Source: a virus. From it: a DNA stretch of 64,000 nucleotides. The stretch spans positions 11,453-75,452 of IMG/VR virus record IMGVR_UViG_3300023284_001411; one strand, given 5' to 3'. A model generated the notes under the pieces. That model did no database searches. It was not told the origin of the DNA and saw nothing but the letters and a program-made list of their open reading frames with translations. Within the stretch, counting starts at the first letter, position 1. Each line of letters starts with the position of its first letter. The translations under genes and the position numbers were made by a program. Below are positions 1 through 9,907 of the stretch, piece after piece.

Positions 1-231
1 ACTGGACGCATCAATGGGGTTCGTGGTACCCGTTGAAATCTGGGAACCAACGCCGGCCACGACCACATTACCGAGGGCGTTTTCCCGATTGTACGCGAGA
101 GCGTTGCCGTCGATACCGTCGAAGGGCAAGATCTCGAACATGGGGTTCACGGTGATGATGTTCTCGATCACCCCGGTAACGAGTTCGTTTTGAGCCAGCT
201 TTGCGGACTCAACGAGTGTAACTGACGCCAT
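1..231 (-). CDS. Major capsid protein (5' part, truncated by window edge)
   Basis: Manual translation from ATG at 229-231: MASVTLVESAKLAQNELVTGVIENIITVNPMFEILPFDGIDGNALAYNRENALG..., typical of YuA/phiJL001-like capsid N-termini; AGGAG SD; follows scaffold gene. Confidence 0.85.
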   Translation of the reverse strand, partial: MASVTLVESAKLAQNELVTGVIENIITVNPMFEILPFDGIDGNALAYNRENALGNVVVAGVGSQISTGTTNPIDASS

Positions 232-394
232 TTAACCTACTCCTGTATGTTGGATGCTTTGAAACCGACCCTCGCCAGTCGGATCACCCGATGGAGTAGG
301 TCCGCCTCTCGTGTACGGATCACCCGAGAGAGGCCCTCAATCAAACGTTTATCTTACCCGGTTCTACAGTAGACGGGTGGAAAATCTTGAAAAA

Positions 395-1246
395 TTATCG
401 AGCCCCTGCTTTCTCCTGTGCTCGGAGACCATCCTGAATCTTCTGTAAGGGGCTCTTGGTATCCTTTTGCCCAGCAGGGATGGGCCTCGCGGACGCGCCC
501 GGGCGCGAGTTTGAACCCGCGGGGGCTTCGGAGGGGAAGAAGATGCCAAGCCGTTTGTCAGTCTTCATTTCCCGAGCCCGCTCGAGGATCGTCATCGGGT
601 TGCCACTGGCCCCGCTATAGCGGATCGGCAGTTTCCCATCTTCGCCTTTGACCCCGCTTGGGTCGACCACATATACGTTCAAGCTGCCGTCCTCTTCCTG
701 GACGAAGGTCTCTTTCATGAGTTGGTCCTCCAGGAGGGGGTCGGCCTTGAGCTCGACGATAGCGCCGCGGATCTCGTTCCCGCGCAAGAGCTTCTCCAGC
801 TGCCCCGAGAGGGCCGTGGTCCGCTTCTCCATGACATCGTGCTTGGCGTCGTGGCCACGCTGAAGGTCGGCTTTGATCTTATCCAAGTCCTTGACTGCCT
901 GAAGGTCGCCCTTGGTCTTCTTCTCGCCCTTGGCCTCGAGCTCGTTCAGTTTCTCCTGGATGGCCGTGGCCATCTCCTTGGGGGACTCGCCCCAGGCAGA
1001 GAGGGGGGAGAGGTCGACCGTTTTCTTCTTGCCCTGGACCCGAGATTCTTTTAGGGTCTTGTGTAGGCTGGCAATCGTCGATACCGAGGCCTTGACCTCG
1101 GGCGTGTCCTTCAGGGCGAAGGTTTCCTTGCCGCCTTCATCTTCAACAGGGACATAGAACGAATGGAACTGCTCCGGAACCCCGTCTAACGTTTCAATCT
1201 TCGTATTCTGTGCAAAATCAAACATGAAAATCTCCAGTAGAATCAC
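395..1246 (-). CDS. Capsid scaffolding protein
   Basis: Coiled-coil, charged protein directly upstream of MCP, C-terminal SPLQKIQDGL-type helix; likely start MFDF at ~1225. Confidence 0.7.
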   Translation of the reverse strand: MILLEIFMFDFAQNTKIETLDGVPEQFHSFYVPVEDEGGKETFALKDTPEVKASVSTIASLHKTLKESRVQGKKKTVDLSPLSAWGESPKEMATAIQEKLNELEAKGEKKTKGDLQAVKDLDKIKADLQRGHDAKHDVMEKRTTALSGQLEKLLRGNEIRGAIVELKADPLLEDQLMKETFVQEEDGSLNVYVVDPSGVKGEDGKLPIRYSGASGNPMTILERAREMKTDKRLGIFFPSEAPAGSNSRPGASARPIPAGQKDTKSPLQKIQDGLRAQEKAGAR

Positions 1247-1371
1247 TCCACCAGACGGAGGGGATCACCCCCGCCGGTACCCATCGTCCGTCGGCCCGTT
1301 ACCTTTTCTTACCGCCTCTGCCGCCTTTCTTTTTACCTCTGCCGCCTTTTCGTCTCTCACTGATTGTGTGT

Positions 1372-1692
1372 TTAGGCACGTCGCAATTTCTCCAAAAGTT
1401 CGTCCTCACCCGCCCAGGCCTTGGCGAACGCTTCCATGACGGCCCGGATCGAGTTCCACTTGGTAAAGTCCACGAAAGTTTTATTCACTTGGGCGGCGCT
1501 CTCAGCTTCAAGCCGCATCCCTTGCATGTCCATTTCATGCTGATTCTCGAGTCCGAGGATCTCCAGTTCGTGGGCTCGTGAGCTTTGAACCATCCCATCG
1601 ATGCCCAGCGCCACGACAATCGTCACCAAGAGGCAGCCCACGACGATCAGGACCGTCCGCGTAAACCCCCCTAACCACGCCAGGAATCTCAA
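1372..1692 (-). CDS. Hypothetical membrane-anchored protein
   Basis: N-terminal hydrophobic helix followed by coiled-coil; overlaps stop of upstream gene. Confidence 0.55.
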   Translation of the reverse strand: MRFLAWLGGFTRTVLIVVGCLLVTIVVALGIDGMVQSSRAHELEILGLENQHEMDMQGMRLEAESAAQVNKTFVDFTKWNSIRAVMEAFAKAWAGEDELLEKLRRA

Positions 1693-2900
1693 TTGAAGTC
1701 CTCCGGCTTTAGGCCCGCCTTGACGAATGCCTCCGGCTGGGAGTCCGCTAACTGGGTCAGCGTGAGCTCGTTCCCCTTCACATCCACGAATTTGTCCACG
1801 TCGAGTTCGCCCTTGCGAAAAAGCTTTCCCTTCGTCTGCCCGAGGGCCTGGTCTTGAAAGGCCGCCGGTTGACGTTTCAGGAATTGATTATAGGTGGTTT
1901 TCGAGGGAACGGTTCCAATATTTTCAGAAATCCACTCTCGACGGACCCGGGAGACCGATTTTCCCGTGTTCCGAGCAATCTTACGGAAGTCAACTTCTCG
2001 GAGGCGCCGCGTCCGAGTATCCCTAACAAAGGGTTTTTGGCCCACAATTCCGACCCCATCCACGGCGGCAATCATGACCGAGCGGCAGGCCATGTGGGCC
2101 GGGGGCCGAGCCCCGGCGGGCTGCAAGGGCGCAAACTCCGCCGGAAGAGCCCGGCCGCCGACAGTGGTAAACGTCCCATCCCGCGCCCGACAGATCGGGG
2201 TTGTCCGGCCGTCGAGCATGGCCGTCCAGCGAATGGCCGAGATCACGTCGGAATTGGCGTCCCACATCGTCTCTCGGGCTCGGTTCGAGACGTGGTTGAC
2301 GGCCGTTCGAACAATAGTCTCTGCCTTCCGACGGGTGATGGCCAGGGCGCCATCCGTGAAGTTCCGTGCCCGAGTACCAGCCACCCGCCTCACAATGGCC
2401 GGGATCGACTCCCCCTGGGACATGCCCAGCTGGATCGCTGCACGAAGGTTTCCCCGGTCGATAGCGGCAAGGTCCATGTACCACTCGCGCAGGAGGCGCC
2501 CCTGGAAGGGCCGGCTGAAGACGATCGTCCGGAGCTGTGACGTCTCGACCGCGGCGAAGTTGAACTCCACGGGGACGGAGGACCGAATCATTCGCTGTTC
2601 GAAATCGACCTCCAGAGGCGCCAGCTTGACGAGGCTCCCGGTTATCTGGGTCCGGACCTGCTGCATGGCTATCTTCCGAGCGCCGCGAACGTCCGCGAGC
2701 AGTCGCCCGAAGCGCTTGGAGCGGAAGTCCGGCGGGGCGTCCCCGAACTTGATGAGGCGTAGTCGCAGCATCTCGGTCAGCTCGCGGTCCGCCTTCTCGA
2801 GGATCGTCAGGACGCGCCGGACCTCGCCCGACTGGAAGCGCCGGACACCGATCTGGTGGCGGACCGAGGCGTCGAATAGGAGTTCATTGGCCGTGGGCAC
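1689..2900 (-). CDS. Head morphogenesis protein (SPP1 gp7/Mu F-like)
   Basis: AETIVRTAVNH, LDGRTTPICRARDG and PPAHMACRS motifs. Confidence 0.9.
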   Translation of the reverse strand: MPTANELLFDASVRHQIGVRRFQSGEVRRVLTILEKADRELTEMLRLRLIKFGDAPPDFRSKRFGRLLADVRGARKIAMQQVRTQITGSLVKLAPLEVDFEQRMIRSSVPVEFNFAAVETSQLRTIVFSRPFQGRLLREWYMDLAAIDRGNLRAAIQLGMSQGESIPAIVRRVAGTRARNFTDGALAITRRKAETIVRTAVNHVSNRARETMWDANSDVISAIRWTAMLDGRTTPICRARDGTFTTVGGRALPAEFAPLQPAGARPPAHMACRSVMIAAVDGVGIVGQKPFVRDTRTRRLREVDFRKIARNTGKSVSRVRREWISENIGTVPSKTTYNQFLKRQPAAFQDQALGQTKGKLFRKGELDVDKFVDVKGNELTLTQLADSQPEAFVKAGLKPEDFN

Positions 2901-3096
2901 GTGGTTTCAACTTCAAACATTCCGCGTTACACGACCAGACCCCACCGTCGGGATTCTCGATGTAGCACACCAAATCGCCTCGGTCAATCTTCACCGCCAC
3001 AATCTCGCCTTCGGCAGGTATGGTTGTTCCATAGCTGTGGGCGAGGGTTATACGTCCCACCAGATTGGTTGCAAACATTGCCAAGTCCATCATCAC
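2884..3096 (-). CDS. Hypothetical protein
   Basis: Fills gap with overlapping start/stop between ClpP-like and head morphogenesis genes. Confidence 0.55.
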   Translation of the reverse strand: MMMDLAMFATNLVGRITLAHSYGTTIPAEGEIVAVKIDRGDLVCYIENPDGGVWSCNAECLKLKPRAHGQ

Positions 3097-3734
3097 TTCC
3101 TCCGCTTTTTAAGTTGTCGTCCCTTCAGCTGGTCCTTCATAACCTCGTCGATGATGCCCAGTTTCTTCGCCTCCTCGGCGCTGAAGTACCAGGGCTTGTG
3201 TGTAGAGAGCTTCTCCTGCCACCACTTTAAGGTGCCGGCGCAGTAGCGCGCCATTACCTGGGAGTAGATGAGCTCTACCGCTGCTATCTCTTCCTCGTTA
3301 GCCTGGTAGTCCGTGCGTTCAAATCGCCCGTCCGGAGTGTCATACGCAGGGTGGAGCATAAACCTCGTCCGATGGGTCGCGAACCTTTGACCGGGAGTGC
3401 CGGCGGCGATGATCGGCACCGCGGCCGACATGCACGCGCCCGTGGCGATGGTCGTCAGGTCGTCCACCTCCTCGAAGAGGTCTACGATGGAGTTGGCAGT
3501 GTAGCACGAGCCGCCGAGAGAGTTGAGGAAGAGGCGCCGATTCTCCTTCCCCTTCGCCGCCGGGCCGTCGAGCTTGATCCCTGACTTCAGGAGCCCGTCC
3601 CAGAGGAACGAGAACATCCGATCGTCCACGTCGCCGGAGAAGATGAGGTCGTTCCCTCGTACGGCGGCGTAACCATCCATGTCGTAGGGGTTGTGGGCAT
3701 CATTCCTCGGCGAACGGATCAATCGCTTCCCCAT
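3093..3734 (-). CDS. ClpP-like protease (possible prohead protease)
   Basis: LFLNSLGGS, GACMSAA (Ser), RFMLHP (His), YFSAEEAKKLGIIDEV motifs; start taken at MGKRL. Confidence 0.8.
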   Translation of the reverse strand: MGKRLIRSPRNDAHNPYDMDGYAAVRGNDLIFSGDVDDRMFSFLWDGLLKSGIKLDGPAAKGKENRRLFLNSLGGSCYTANSIVDLFEEVDDLTTIATGACMSAAVPIIAAGTPGQRFATHRTRFMLHPAYDTPDGRFERTDYQANEEEIAAVELIYSQVMARYCAGTLKWWQEKLSTHKPWYFSAEEAKKLGIIDEVMKDQLKGRQLKKRRK

Positions 3735-5223
3735 CCGTGGGTTCTCCTGTCGGTATGTCCATTGCTGCGGTTTCTTCCTCGAGTTCTTTATCATTCTGAT
3801 CTTGATCGAACTCATCGCGCAGTGTCGCTCGCCGCTTGAGCTCCTCAATAAACTGGATCTTACTGATGTCACGGTTCGTTCGCGAAAACTTCAGGAGCTC
3901 GGAGTCACTGTTGATCAACTCCTCGGGGCCGAACTCCGTACTCACGGACACGGTCCCTGGGAGGTCGCCATCCGGCCGACTGAGCCATTTCTTCGTAATG
4001 AAGAGGGCCGTATTGATGGCGTCGTTGAATCGGATAGTTGCATCCTGTAGCGGGGAGGTCGCCTCCGCCGAGTCCAGAGCCTTGGCTGTGGCCGTGGTGT
4101 CCCCGGGCCGCTTCTTCAGGAAGTCGGCGCCATAGTTTCCCATCTGCTCTTCCAGGTCGAGGATGTCTTTGCGCCCGGCCTCGATCGCCTTGCCGGTTGG
4201 CTCGACGTAGTAAAACCGCCCCCGCGGGTCCGGGGTGAAGAGCGACCGCTTCGGGCCGACTTCGAAGACGGAATCATCTTCCTGCCCTCCCGACTGGGCC
4301 AGCATTGGGAACCGCCCGACCGTTAGGATGCTTATCTGGTCAGAGGTCGACTGCCAGTGGCGAACGTTGAGATCCACGAGGTCCTCGATCGGGCTCTTAC
4401 CCATCATGATGCCCGTCCGGTCGGCGTAGAAGGTGACGATAGGGATCTCATCGATGTCCATCCGCTGGGGTGGGTCCGTCAATACCCACTCCTCCTTCTT
4501 CGTCACCGGGTCCCTCATGAAGGTCCAGATGCTAAAGAAGACCCCCGCGGGGATGATCACTCCCTCGGGAGTGATCGTGTCGAACAGCTCGCGATCAAAA
4601 ACTCTAATGCGGTCGACAACGGCCTCGGTGAAACCGACGCGGACCACCTCCTGCTCGCGGATTCGAACGTGGGTCAACACCTCTCGCCCAACGATGATCT
4701 CCGCGGAGGCAAAGATCAGATTCTCCGGCGCGATGAAACTCCAGAACGGCCGCAGGCCGTCGGCTCGGTCGTCGGCCAAGGTTCGCGGGATTTCGTTCCC
4801 TTCCTCGTCGGTCCTCGCGAATGGCTGTGGGTGCTCAATCAGCACATGCCCAAAAGCTTTGGATAGACCTTGCATGAACCAGTTCCGTGCAAAGACGCCG
4901 AGAGCATTACCCTGCATGTCGATGTCGTCGAAGAGCTCCTCCAGTTGCGGCGCCACGTCGTCAGAAGGGAGAATGGGATCGCTAAACGGCCGCCCAACCC
5001 AGCTATCAAGGGTCAGCTGCGAGATGTTAAGGAGCGTCGTGACGTTAAGGCGATCAGTGTAGGCGTTTGGTTTCTCGTTCTCATGTTTGGGGAGCAGTGC
5101 CTCCCCGGCGGCTCGCATAGATTCCGTCCCGCCAAGCAAAGTGTCAACCTTTCCCCAGGCAGGGGCCATCAGGTCATACGCGGCAGATGTGGTGGAAGGA
5201 TCTTTCGATTTGTCATGTGGCAT
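3700..5223 (-). CDS. Portal protein (DUF4055-type)
   Basis: 507 aa; LLGGTESMRAAGEALLP N-terminus, DLVDLNVRHWQSTSD motif; immediately after terL. Confidence 0.9.
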   Translation of the reverse strand: MPHDKSKDPSTTSAAYDLMAPAWGKVDTLLGGTESMRAAGEALLPKHENEKPNAYTDRLNVTTLLNISQLTLDSWVGRPFSDPILPSDDVAPQLEELFDDIDMQGNALGVFARNWFMQGLSKAFGHVLIEHPQPFARTDEEGNEIPRTLADDRADGLRPFWSFIAPENLIFASAEIIVGREVLTHVRIREQEVVRVGFTEAVVDRIRVFDRELFDTITPEGVIIPAGVFFSIWTFMRDPVTKKEEWVLTDPPQRMDIDEIPIVTFYADRTGIMMGKSPIEDLVDLNVRHWQSTSDQISILTVGRFPMLAQSGGQEDDSVFEVGPKRSLFTPDPRGRFYYVEPTGKAIEAGRKDILDLEEQMGNYGADFLKKRPGDTTATAKALDSAEATSPLQDATIRFNDAINTALFITKKWLSRPDGDLPGTVSVSTEFGPEELINSDSELLKFSRTNRDISKIQFIEELKRRATLRDEFDQDQNDKELEEETAAMDIPTGEPTDGEAIDPFAEE

Positions 5224-6686
5224 TAGTCAATCCAGCTCCAACTTTTGGTTCCTCTCAGTTTCTCACGGCACCGGTAGCGGACCTCATCCGCGATGTGGTC
5301 TTCAGCTTCCGTATCGGCATCGTCGGGATCTTTCGTATCGCGTGGCAAAACCGGAATGGTACGGATGAATTGTTCACAACCCTCGCAGACGAAAAGCCCG
5401 GGGTCTTCACGGACCCCTTCCTTCCCCGGGATGGCCGCCTTGAGGAGCTTCCGCATCTGATCCCAGCCCTGCTTCCTCGAGCCAGGGCCTTTGTCGGCCG
5501 GCGTCCAGCGGACCCCGTTCTTTGCCATGTCCCCCGCCACCGACTTTCCGGGCTCCCACTCATCGAAGATCGAACTATCTGCCGGACCCGGGTGGAACCG
5601 CGGCCCCCCGACCTCTCTCCGCGCCACCTCCTTCGCGATGTCCACAGAAAGCATCCGCAGGCCCCCATTCGGTACCCCGTTCCATCCGTACCACTCGGCA
5701 ACCCGAATCAGGTCGCCCGGGACGGCGCCAATAGTCCTCGACCCTATCTTAATCGGTTCTCCGTTAGATTGCGCCCACCAACCCACAGAAAAAGGCGCCG
5801 ACTGCCCGTGGTCGTAGCTCCGATTGAGCCGCCACCCCTTTGGAATAGCCGCCATCGGGATGTCGGGGAGAATGTGAAATTCTGGAGCCCAGAGGTCATC
5901 GAACATTCCACCAGCGATGATATCCCAGCTGCCATCGATCCAGGCCGCCCTCTCGGAGGGGTTCCGGGCCGCGGCCTCGATCCGGTGGATGTAGTCCGGG
6001 TCAGCCTTCATCAAGATTTTGTTCTCCCTGATGTGCCCGTGGATTGCCACCCGCGGCGGGTTGTTTCCGTCGATGACGGTCCGCCCGATGATCTGCCCGT
6101 GGGGTGCTGGCAGTCGGAAGCGCGCCTTGACCCAGTTATGGCCCACGCCATAGGGGTTCGTGGTCGAGCGGTACTTCCGCGGCATGTTTGGGTTCGTGGA
6201 CCTCGAGCACGACATCATGAGCCGGTAGCATGTGTCGTTGGGCCAGGTCGTCAGCTCCTCGAACGCGATCCAGGGGTAGGAGTGGCCGTGATATTTGTAG
6301 TAGTCGGTATCCCGTTCGATGTGCCGGAGGTAGAGCCGCTCACCCGAGGGCCAGCCCCAGTACATCTTCGCCTCATTGAATGTGGCAGAGGGGAAGAACT
6401 GCGGGAACCACTTCTTCGTCTTGCCGACGACGTCCGCGAGCATCGGATACTGCTGCCGGAACAGGATCCCCACCCAGTCCGCGCCGAAGCCTTTGCCCAC
6501 GTGTTGGGCGTAGTCCATGATCAACGCGTCCGTCTTCCCGGGGCCGCGGGTCCCCTCGTAGAGGACCTCAAAGACTGGACACTTGAGAAATGCCTGCTGC
6601 GATCCCGGTTGCGCCGCCCACGTTCCAATCGTCTCACCTATAGACGGTTGGAGATCCTTGTCCCATTGAATCTCGCCCAAACCCAT
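5223..6686 (-). CDS. terL: Terminase large subunit
   Basis: Walker A YEGTRGPGKT, Walker B IAFEELT, STTNPYG, C-terminal nuclease EDHIADEVRY. Confidence 0.95.
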   Translation of the reverse strand: MGLGEIQWDKDLQPSIGETIGTWAAQPGSQQAFLKCPVFEVLYEGTRGPGKTDALIMDYAQHVGKGFGADWVGILFRQQYPMLADVVGKTKKWFPQFFPSATFNEAKMYWGWPSGERLYLRHIERDTDYYKYHGHSYPWIAFEELTTWPNDTCYRLMMSCSRSTNPNMPRKYRSTTNPYGVGHNWVKARFRLPAPHGQIIGRTVIDGNNPPRVAIHGHIRENKILMKADPDYIHRIEAAARNPSERAAWIDGSWDIIAGGMFDDLWAPEFHILPDIPMAAIPKGWRLNRSYDHGQSAPFSVGWWAQSNGEPIKIGSRTIGAVPGDLIRVAEWYGWNGVPNGGLRMLSVDIAKEVARREVGGPRFHPGPADSSIFDEWEPGKSVAGDMAKNGVRWTPADKGPGSRKQGWDQMRKLLKAAIPGKEGVREDPGLFVCEGCEQFIRTIPVLPRDTKDPDDADTEAEDHIADEVRYRCREKLRGTKSWSWID

Positions 6687-6889
6687 AAAAACCCGTCAAC
6701 CCTAAATCTTACAATCCCGAAAATCCTCACTCTTCAAATTTTCGATCATTCTCTTGAAGTCTTTATTCATTTTCAGCAACTCAGTCATAGCGCCAATGCG
6801 ATTTGGGGCCGTTCTCAAAAAAGCTAAACTGGGAAGAGCCCGAGCAAACAACTCTCGCTCACGTTGTTCTTTTGTTCGCCAGCGCCAGT

Positions 6890-7753
6890 TCATGAACAAA
6901 GAAACTCCATCATCGGCCGTACCCACGGCCCTCTCTGCTTGTGTATCGCGTAAGCATCGATAAAATCAGATGTCACTTGTACACCCGCCTGCCGCACGTA
7001 GCGGAGCGGGTCGACGTAGATGCGGATGGTGAACAGTATCGCGCCGGTCTCCGGCAAGCGGCGAACGGTCTGCCGCTCCGAGCGGACGTAGAGAAGATCC
7101 CCGGCGTTGTGCTTGTCGAGCCCGGCCCGGTCCTCCAGGGTCGTCCGCTCGTACAGACGGTTCGGGAAGTCGTGGCGCAGATGCGGGCAGGCGTAAACGA
7201 ACCAGTTCGCCCGGCACATGATCTGCCCCGGCTCGAGCTTCGCCAGCTTCTTCGCGATGCCGCGCTGGAACTTCTCGGTCGAGATGTCCTTATGGACACC
7301 GACGGTGTCCTCCCCCATCTTCTCGTCCAGGGTCCAGCTCGTAGGGAAGCAGACCGATGCCGCGACGAGCTTGTCATCCTGCATGATGCAGAGGTCATCC
7401 TGGACGGCGGCCGAGATGCCGCGGAGACGTTCATGGTAGACCGCGCCCCAGTAGAAATCTCCATCGGGAAATTGTTCGCAGAGGTAACTTGATATTAGAC
7501 TCCAGACCTCCATCTGCTCTTCGTCCGTGTCTGGCATCGCCCGAAAACAATCATCCGGCCCCGGTCCCATGAGATACCGCTGTTTGAGCTCGAGCTGGAT
7601 CTCCTGGTCCTCGTCGAAGGACAGCCAGGGCTCGTCCGCCGGCAAGGGCTCCAGGTCGAGCCGCGGTCCGCCCCGGCCGGTAGCCCAGGGCACGTGGGCG
7701 AGCTTCGTCCGCCGCGTGGCGAGTGTGTTGAGGGTGTCGGTGGAGATGGCCAT
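6890..7753 (-). CDS. DUF3445 / heme-dependent oxidative N-demethylase alpha-like protein
   Basis: VQDDLCIM, AASVCFPTSW..EKMG, RANW, YVRSERQTVRRLPETGAILFTIRIY motifs; start MAISTD. Confidence 0.8.
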   Translation of the reverse strand: MAISTDTLNTLATRRTKLAHVPWATGRGGPRLDLEPLPADEPWLSFDEDQEIQLELKQRYLMGPGPDDCFRAMPDTDEEQMEVWSLISSYLCEQFPDGDFYWGAVYHERLRGISAAVQDDLCIMQDDKLVAASVCFPTSWTLDEKMGEDTVGVHKDISTEKFQRGIAKKLAKLEPGQIMCRANWFVYACPHLRHDFPNRLYERTTLEDRAGLDKHNAGDLLYVRSERQTVRRLPETGAILFTIRIYVDPLRYVRQAGVQVTSDFIDAYAIHKQRGPWVRPMMEFLCS

Positions 7754-7953
7754 CAGTCCCACTCCTCGTCGTCCGCCGCCGCGGCGGCTATGGAGGCTAT
7801 CAAGATGCGTTCCCGTTCCGACAAGGAGGACCAGTCTTTCTCGACCCAAAACGGCACATGGTTTCGCCAGTCGTGAACTTTCTCCGTTCTGCTGAATGTG
7901 TCATCTGACAGGTCGCCAGGACACAAGTCCTCTTTGAGTTTTTGAAGGTTCAT
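7753..7953 (-). CDS. Hypothetical protein
   Basis: MNLQKLKEDL...DDEEWD, translationally coupled on both sides. Confidence 0.6.
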   Translation of the reverse strand: MNLQKLKEDLCPGDLSDDTFSRTEKVHDWRNHVPFWVEKDWSSLSERERILIASIAAAAADDEEWD

Positions 7954-8180
7954 GAGTCCTCCTGCTGCTCGGCCTCGATCTCGCGCTCTCGGTCGAGTTG
8001 GTCGGCGCGCTCGCGGCGCATCTTCTGAGTCATCACCCGCCCGTCCTTCGCGTCGAGGGCGGCGTTCCATGCGCTGGCCATCTGATCCCGGAGAGGCCAC
8101 TCGGGGCGTATCGGCGCCCATCTGGCAAGAAATGCCTCGAAGGCCTCGCTGTTGGTGAGAATTCCGTTGTATAGGCTCAT
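7950..8180 (-). CDS. Hypothetical protein
   Basis: MSLYNGILT...; GAGG SD and ATGA overlaps. Confidence 0.55.
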   Translation of the reverse strand: MSLYNGILTNSEAFEAFLARWAPIRPEWPLRDQMASAWNAALDAKDGRVMTQKMRRERADQLDREREIEAEQQEDS

Positions 8181-8758
8181 GGCATCTCCTCGATGTTCTC
8201 GGTGAAGCCGCAACGCTTGTCGCCGTCCACGGCGATGGAGCCGCAGGCACATTCTACGTAGTCGTGTGTATGGTGCGACTCGACTACCGTCCCACACTTC
8301 CGGCAGCGGGCGCGGTTTCGCCTTACTTCGTTATCGCCTTCACGTACTTGGCAGGTATCGCTACCAAGTCCCCATCCCTCGCCCGGATCCAAAGTGTTTG
8401 GTTCTGGTCTCTCCACGCCTCCACCACTACACTTGGTGTCTGCGGGATTGGAAACCTCATCGTCTTCACGTGGTCTGAATTCTTCACGAAGCTTCTCCCG
8501 TGTTCTTTGAACGTGGAGCTTCTCCCAATGTTGATTGCATAAAAATTGAAGAGCCTGCAGTGAACATCGAGGACAGGTTTTTACTGTTCCTGGTCGTTCT
8601 GTGTTTCCATCCGCGCAGAAGTGCGTGGGCCTCTGCCGCTTGCCGACAGCCCGATCCCAGTCCTCGTCGGGGATCTCAGCCTTGCCGCCGCCAGAGATGA
8701 TCTTCCCCTCCTCGTAGGGAGGCCGTTCGGACTCCCACTTACCCATCGTCACCTCCAA
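8177..8758 (-). CDS. Hypothetical protein with C-terminal Zn-ribbon (RCRKC..CACGSIAVDG)
   Basis: C-terminal Cys motif common in phage proteins. Confidence 0.55.
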   Translation of the reverse strand: MEVTMGKWESERPPYEEGKIISGGGKAEIPDEDWDRAVGKRQRPTHFCADGNTERPGTVKTCPRCSLQALQFLCNQHWEKLHVQRTREKLREEFRPREDDEVSNPADTKCSGGGVERPEPNTLDPGEGWGLGSDTCQVREGDNEVRRNRARCRKCGTVVESHHTHDYVECACGSIAVDGDKRCGFTENIEEMP

Positions 8759-9134
8759 TACAGGTAAGCTTGACGGTGTAGGGGCAAGCTGTGTTTGGGC
8801 AAGCGTAATTGGTCGCCTGGGAAAGGTCGATGCCGCAGACGCGGCAACTGGTGTCGGAGATCTGGGGCCAGGTCGGAAGGGGTATGGCCGGACCCGGCCA
8901 GGGCGGTTGCACGGGCGGGGGCGGGGGCCACCGCTTGAGGACCTCCTCCACGGTGAGCTTTACCACCAGGTCGACCAGCTCCCGGAGGACCATCCGGGAA
9001 GCCTGTTCCCCAAACCCTTCCTTAGCCAGGGCTTGGGTCTTTTCTACCAGATTATGCATGCATTCGGTACAGAGTTCGAGGCGGTCGCTATCCTTTGCCT
9101 CCCACAGACGCCCACACTGGGCACACATCCTCAT
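8739..9134 (-). CDS. Hypothetical Cys/Pro-rich protein
   Basis: CxxC pairs at both ends, Pro-rich linker; coupled overlaps. Confidence 0.55.
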   Translation of the reverse strand: MRMCAQCGRLWEAKDSDRLELCTECMHNLVEKTQALAKEGFGEQASRMVLRELVDLVVKLTVEEVLKRWPPPPPVQPPWPGPAIPLPTWPQISDTSCRVCGIDLSQATNYACPNTACPYTVKLTCIGGDDG

Positions 9135-9409
9135 GGTTTGTCCTTCGTCTCGAGGTGGCCACAGTCACAGCATAAGACGCCGTGGCTGGACCAGTTAAGA
9201 TTCGCGCTGAGACATTTACAGCAAAGCTTTATCTTACAGGCGGAGTCCTTGAAAAGTCCAGTGGGATTTTTTATGAATCCTCCAGTCCGCGGCTTGCGGA
9301 GGGCACAGTCTTCCGTATGGAAGGACAGGGGCAGGGTAGGATCACTGAGGAGACAGCGACAGGAGCACGTTTCATCCGGGTTTGCCATGGCGTAGGAGGA
9401 ACTCCACAA
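9131..9409 (-). CDS. Hypothetical protein with CxCRCLLxDP..HxxxC motif
   Basis: Motif shared with ORFs 16779-17864 and 23448-25301. Confidence 0.6.
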   Translation of the reverse strand: MWSSSYAMANPDETCSCRCLLSDPTLPLSFHTEDCALRKPRTGGFIKNPTGLFKDSACKIKLCCKCLSANLNWSSHGVLCCDCGHLETKDKP

Positions 9410-9519
9410 GCTTGAATTTCCTTTTCTCCTTCGCCGGGGTCCTGGCGTATTCGCTCTTGAGCTTCCGCCAGAGGTTCTTCGACATCTTTAGATTATACCG
9501 CGAAACGAGGTCTTGTAGT

Positions 9520-9840
9520 CTACGAACTGCTGAGCCACTCATCGACATCCTCCCTAAGAGCCATCCTTTCCAGGACTTGTGCCCTTTTGGCCGTTGAATC
9601 TGCCCTTCGTCGATAGTTGAGGGCACACAACAAAAGGTCCTCTCGCTTTGCGGCAAGCCAAAAACCATCCTGGTCAGAAACGACAGGATGCTCTTTAAAA
9701 ACCAGGTCACCCAATACCTTTCGTGTCGGCTGTTCGGTCTTCTCCCTGGGCATGCCTGCTTTCTCGGCTATCACATCAGCTTTTTGCTTCACTTGGTTAA
9801 GGACACAGAGCACTCGTAATTCTCGATGAGTCAGGTTCAT
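9520..9840 (-). CDS. Winged-helix DNA-binding protein
   Basis: ADVIAEKAGM..RKVLGDLVFKEHPVVSDQDGFWLA pattern. Confidence 0.6.
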   Translation of the reverse strand: MNLTHRELRVLCVLNQVKQKADVIAEKAGMPREKTEQPTRKVLGDLVFKEHPVVSDQDGFWLAAKREDLLLCALNYRRRADSTAKRAQVLERMALREDVDEWLSSS

Positions 9841-9907
9841 GCGAACACCACAATATAGGACAGGACGAAGCCGCTCAGGGCAGCCAAAAGGAACAGGGTC
9901 CAGCGGC

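Noticed and set aside
1894-6827. Long plus-strand ORFs (e.g. 1894-3246, 5187-6827; also 60810-62213)
   Set aside because: Antisense shadows of high-GC minus-strand genes
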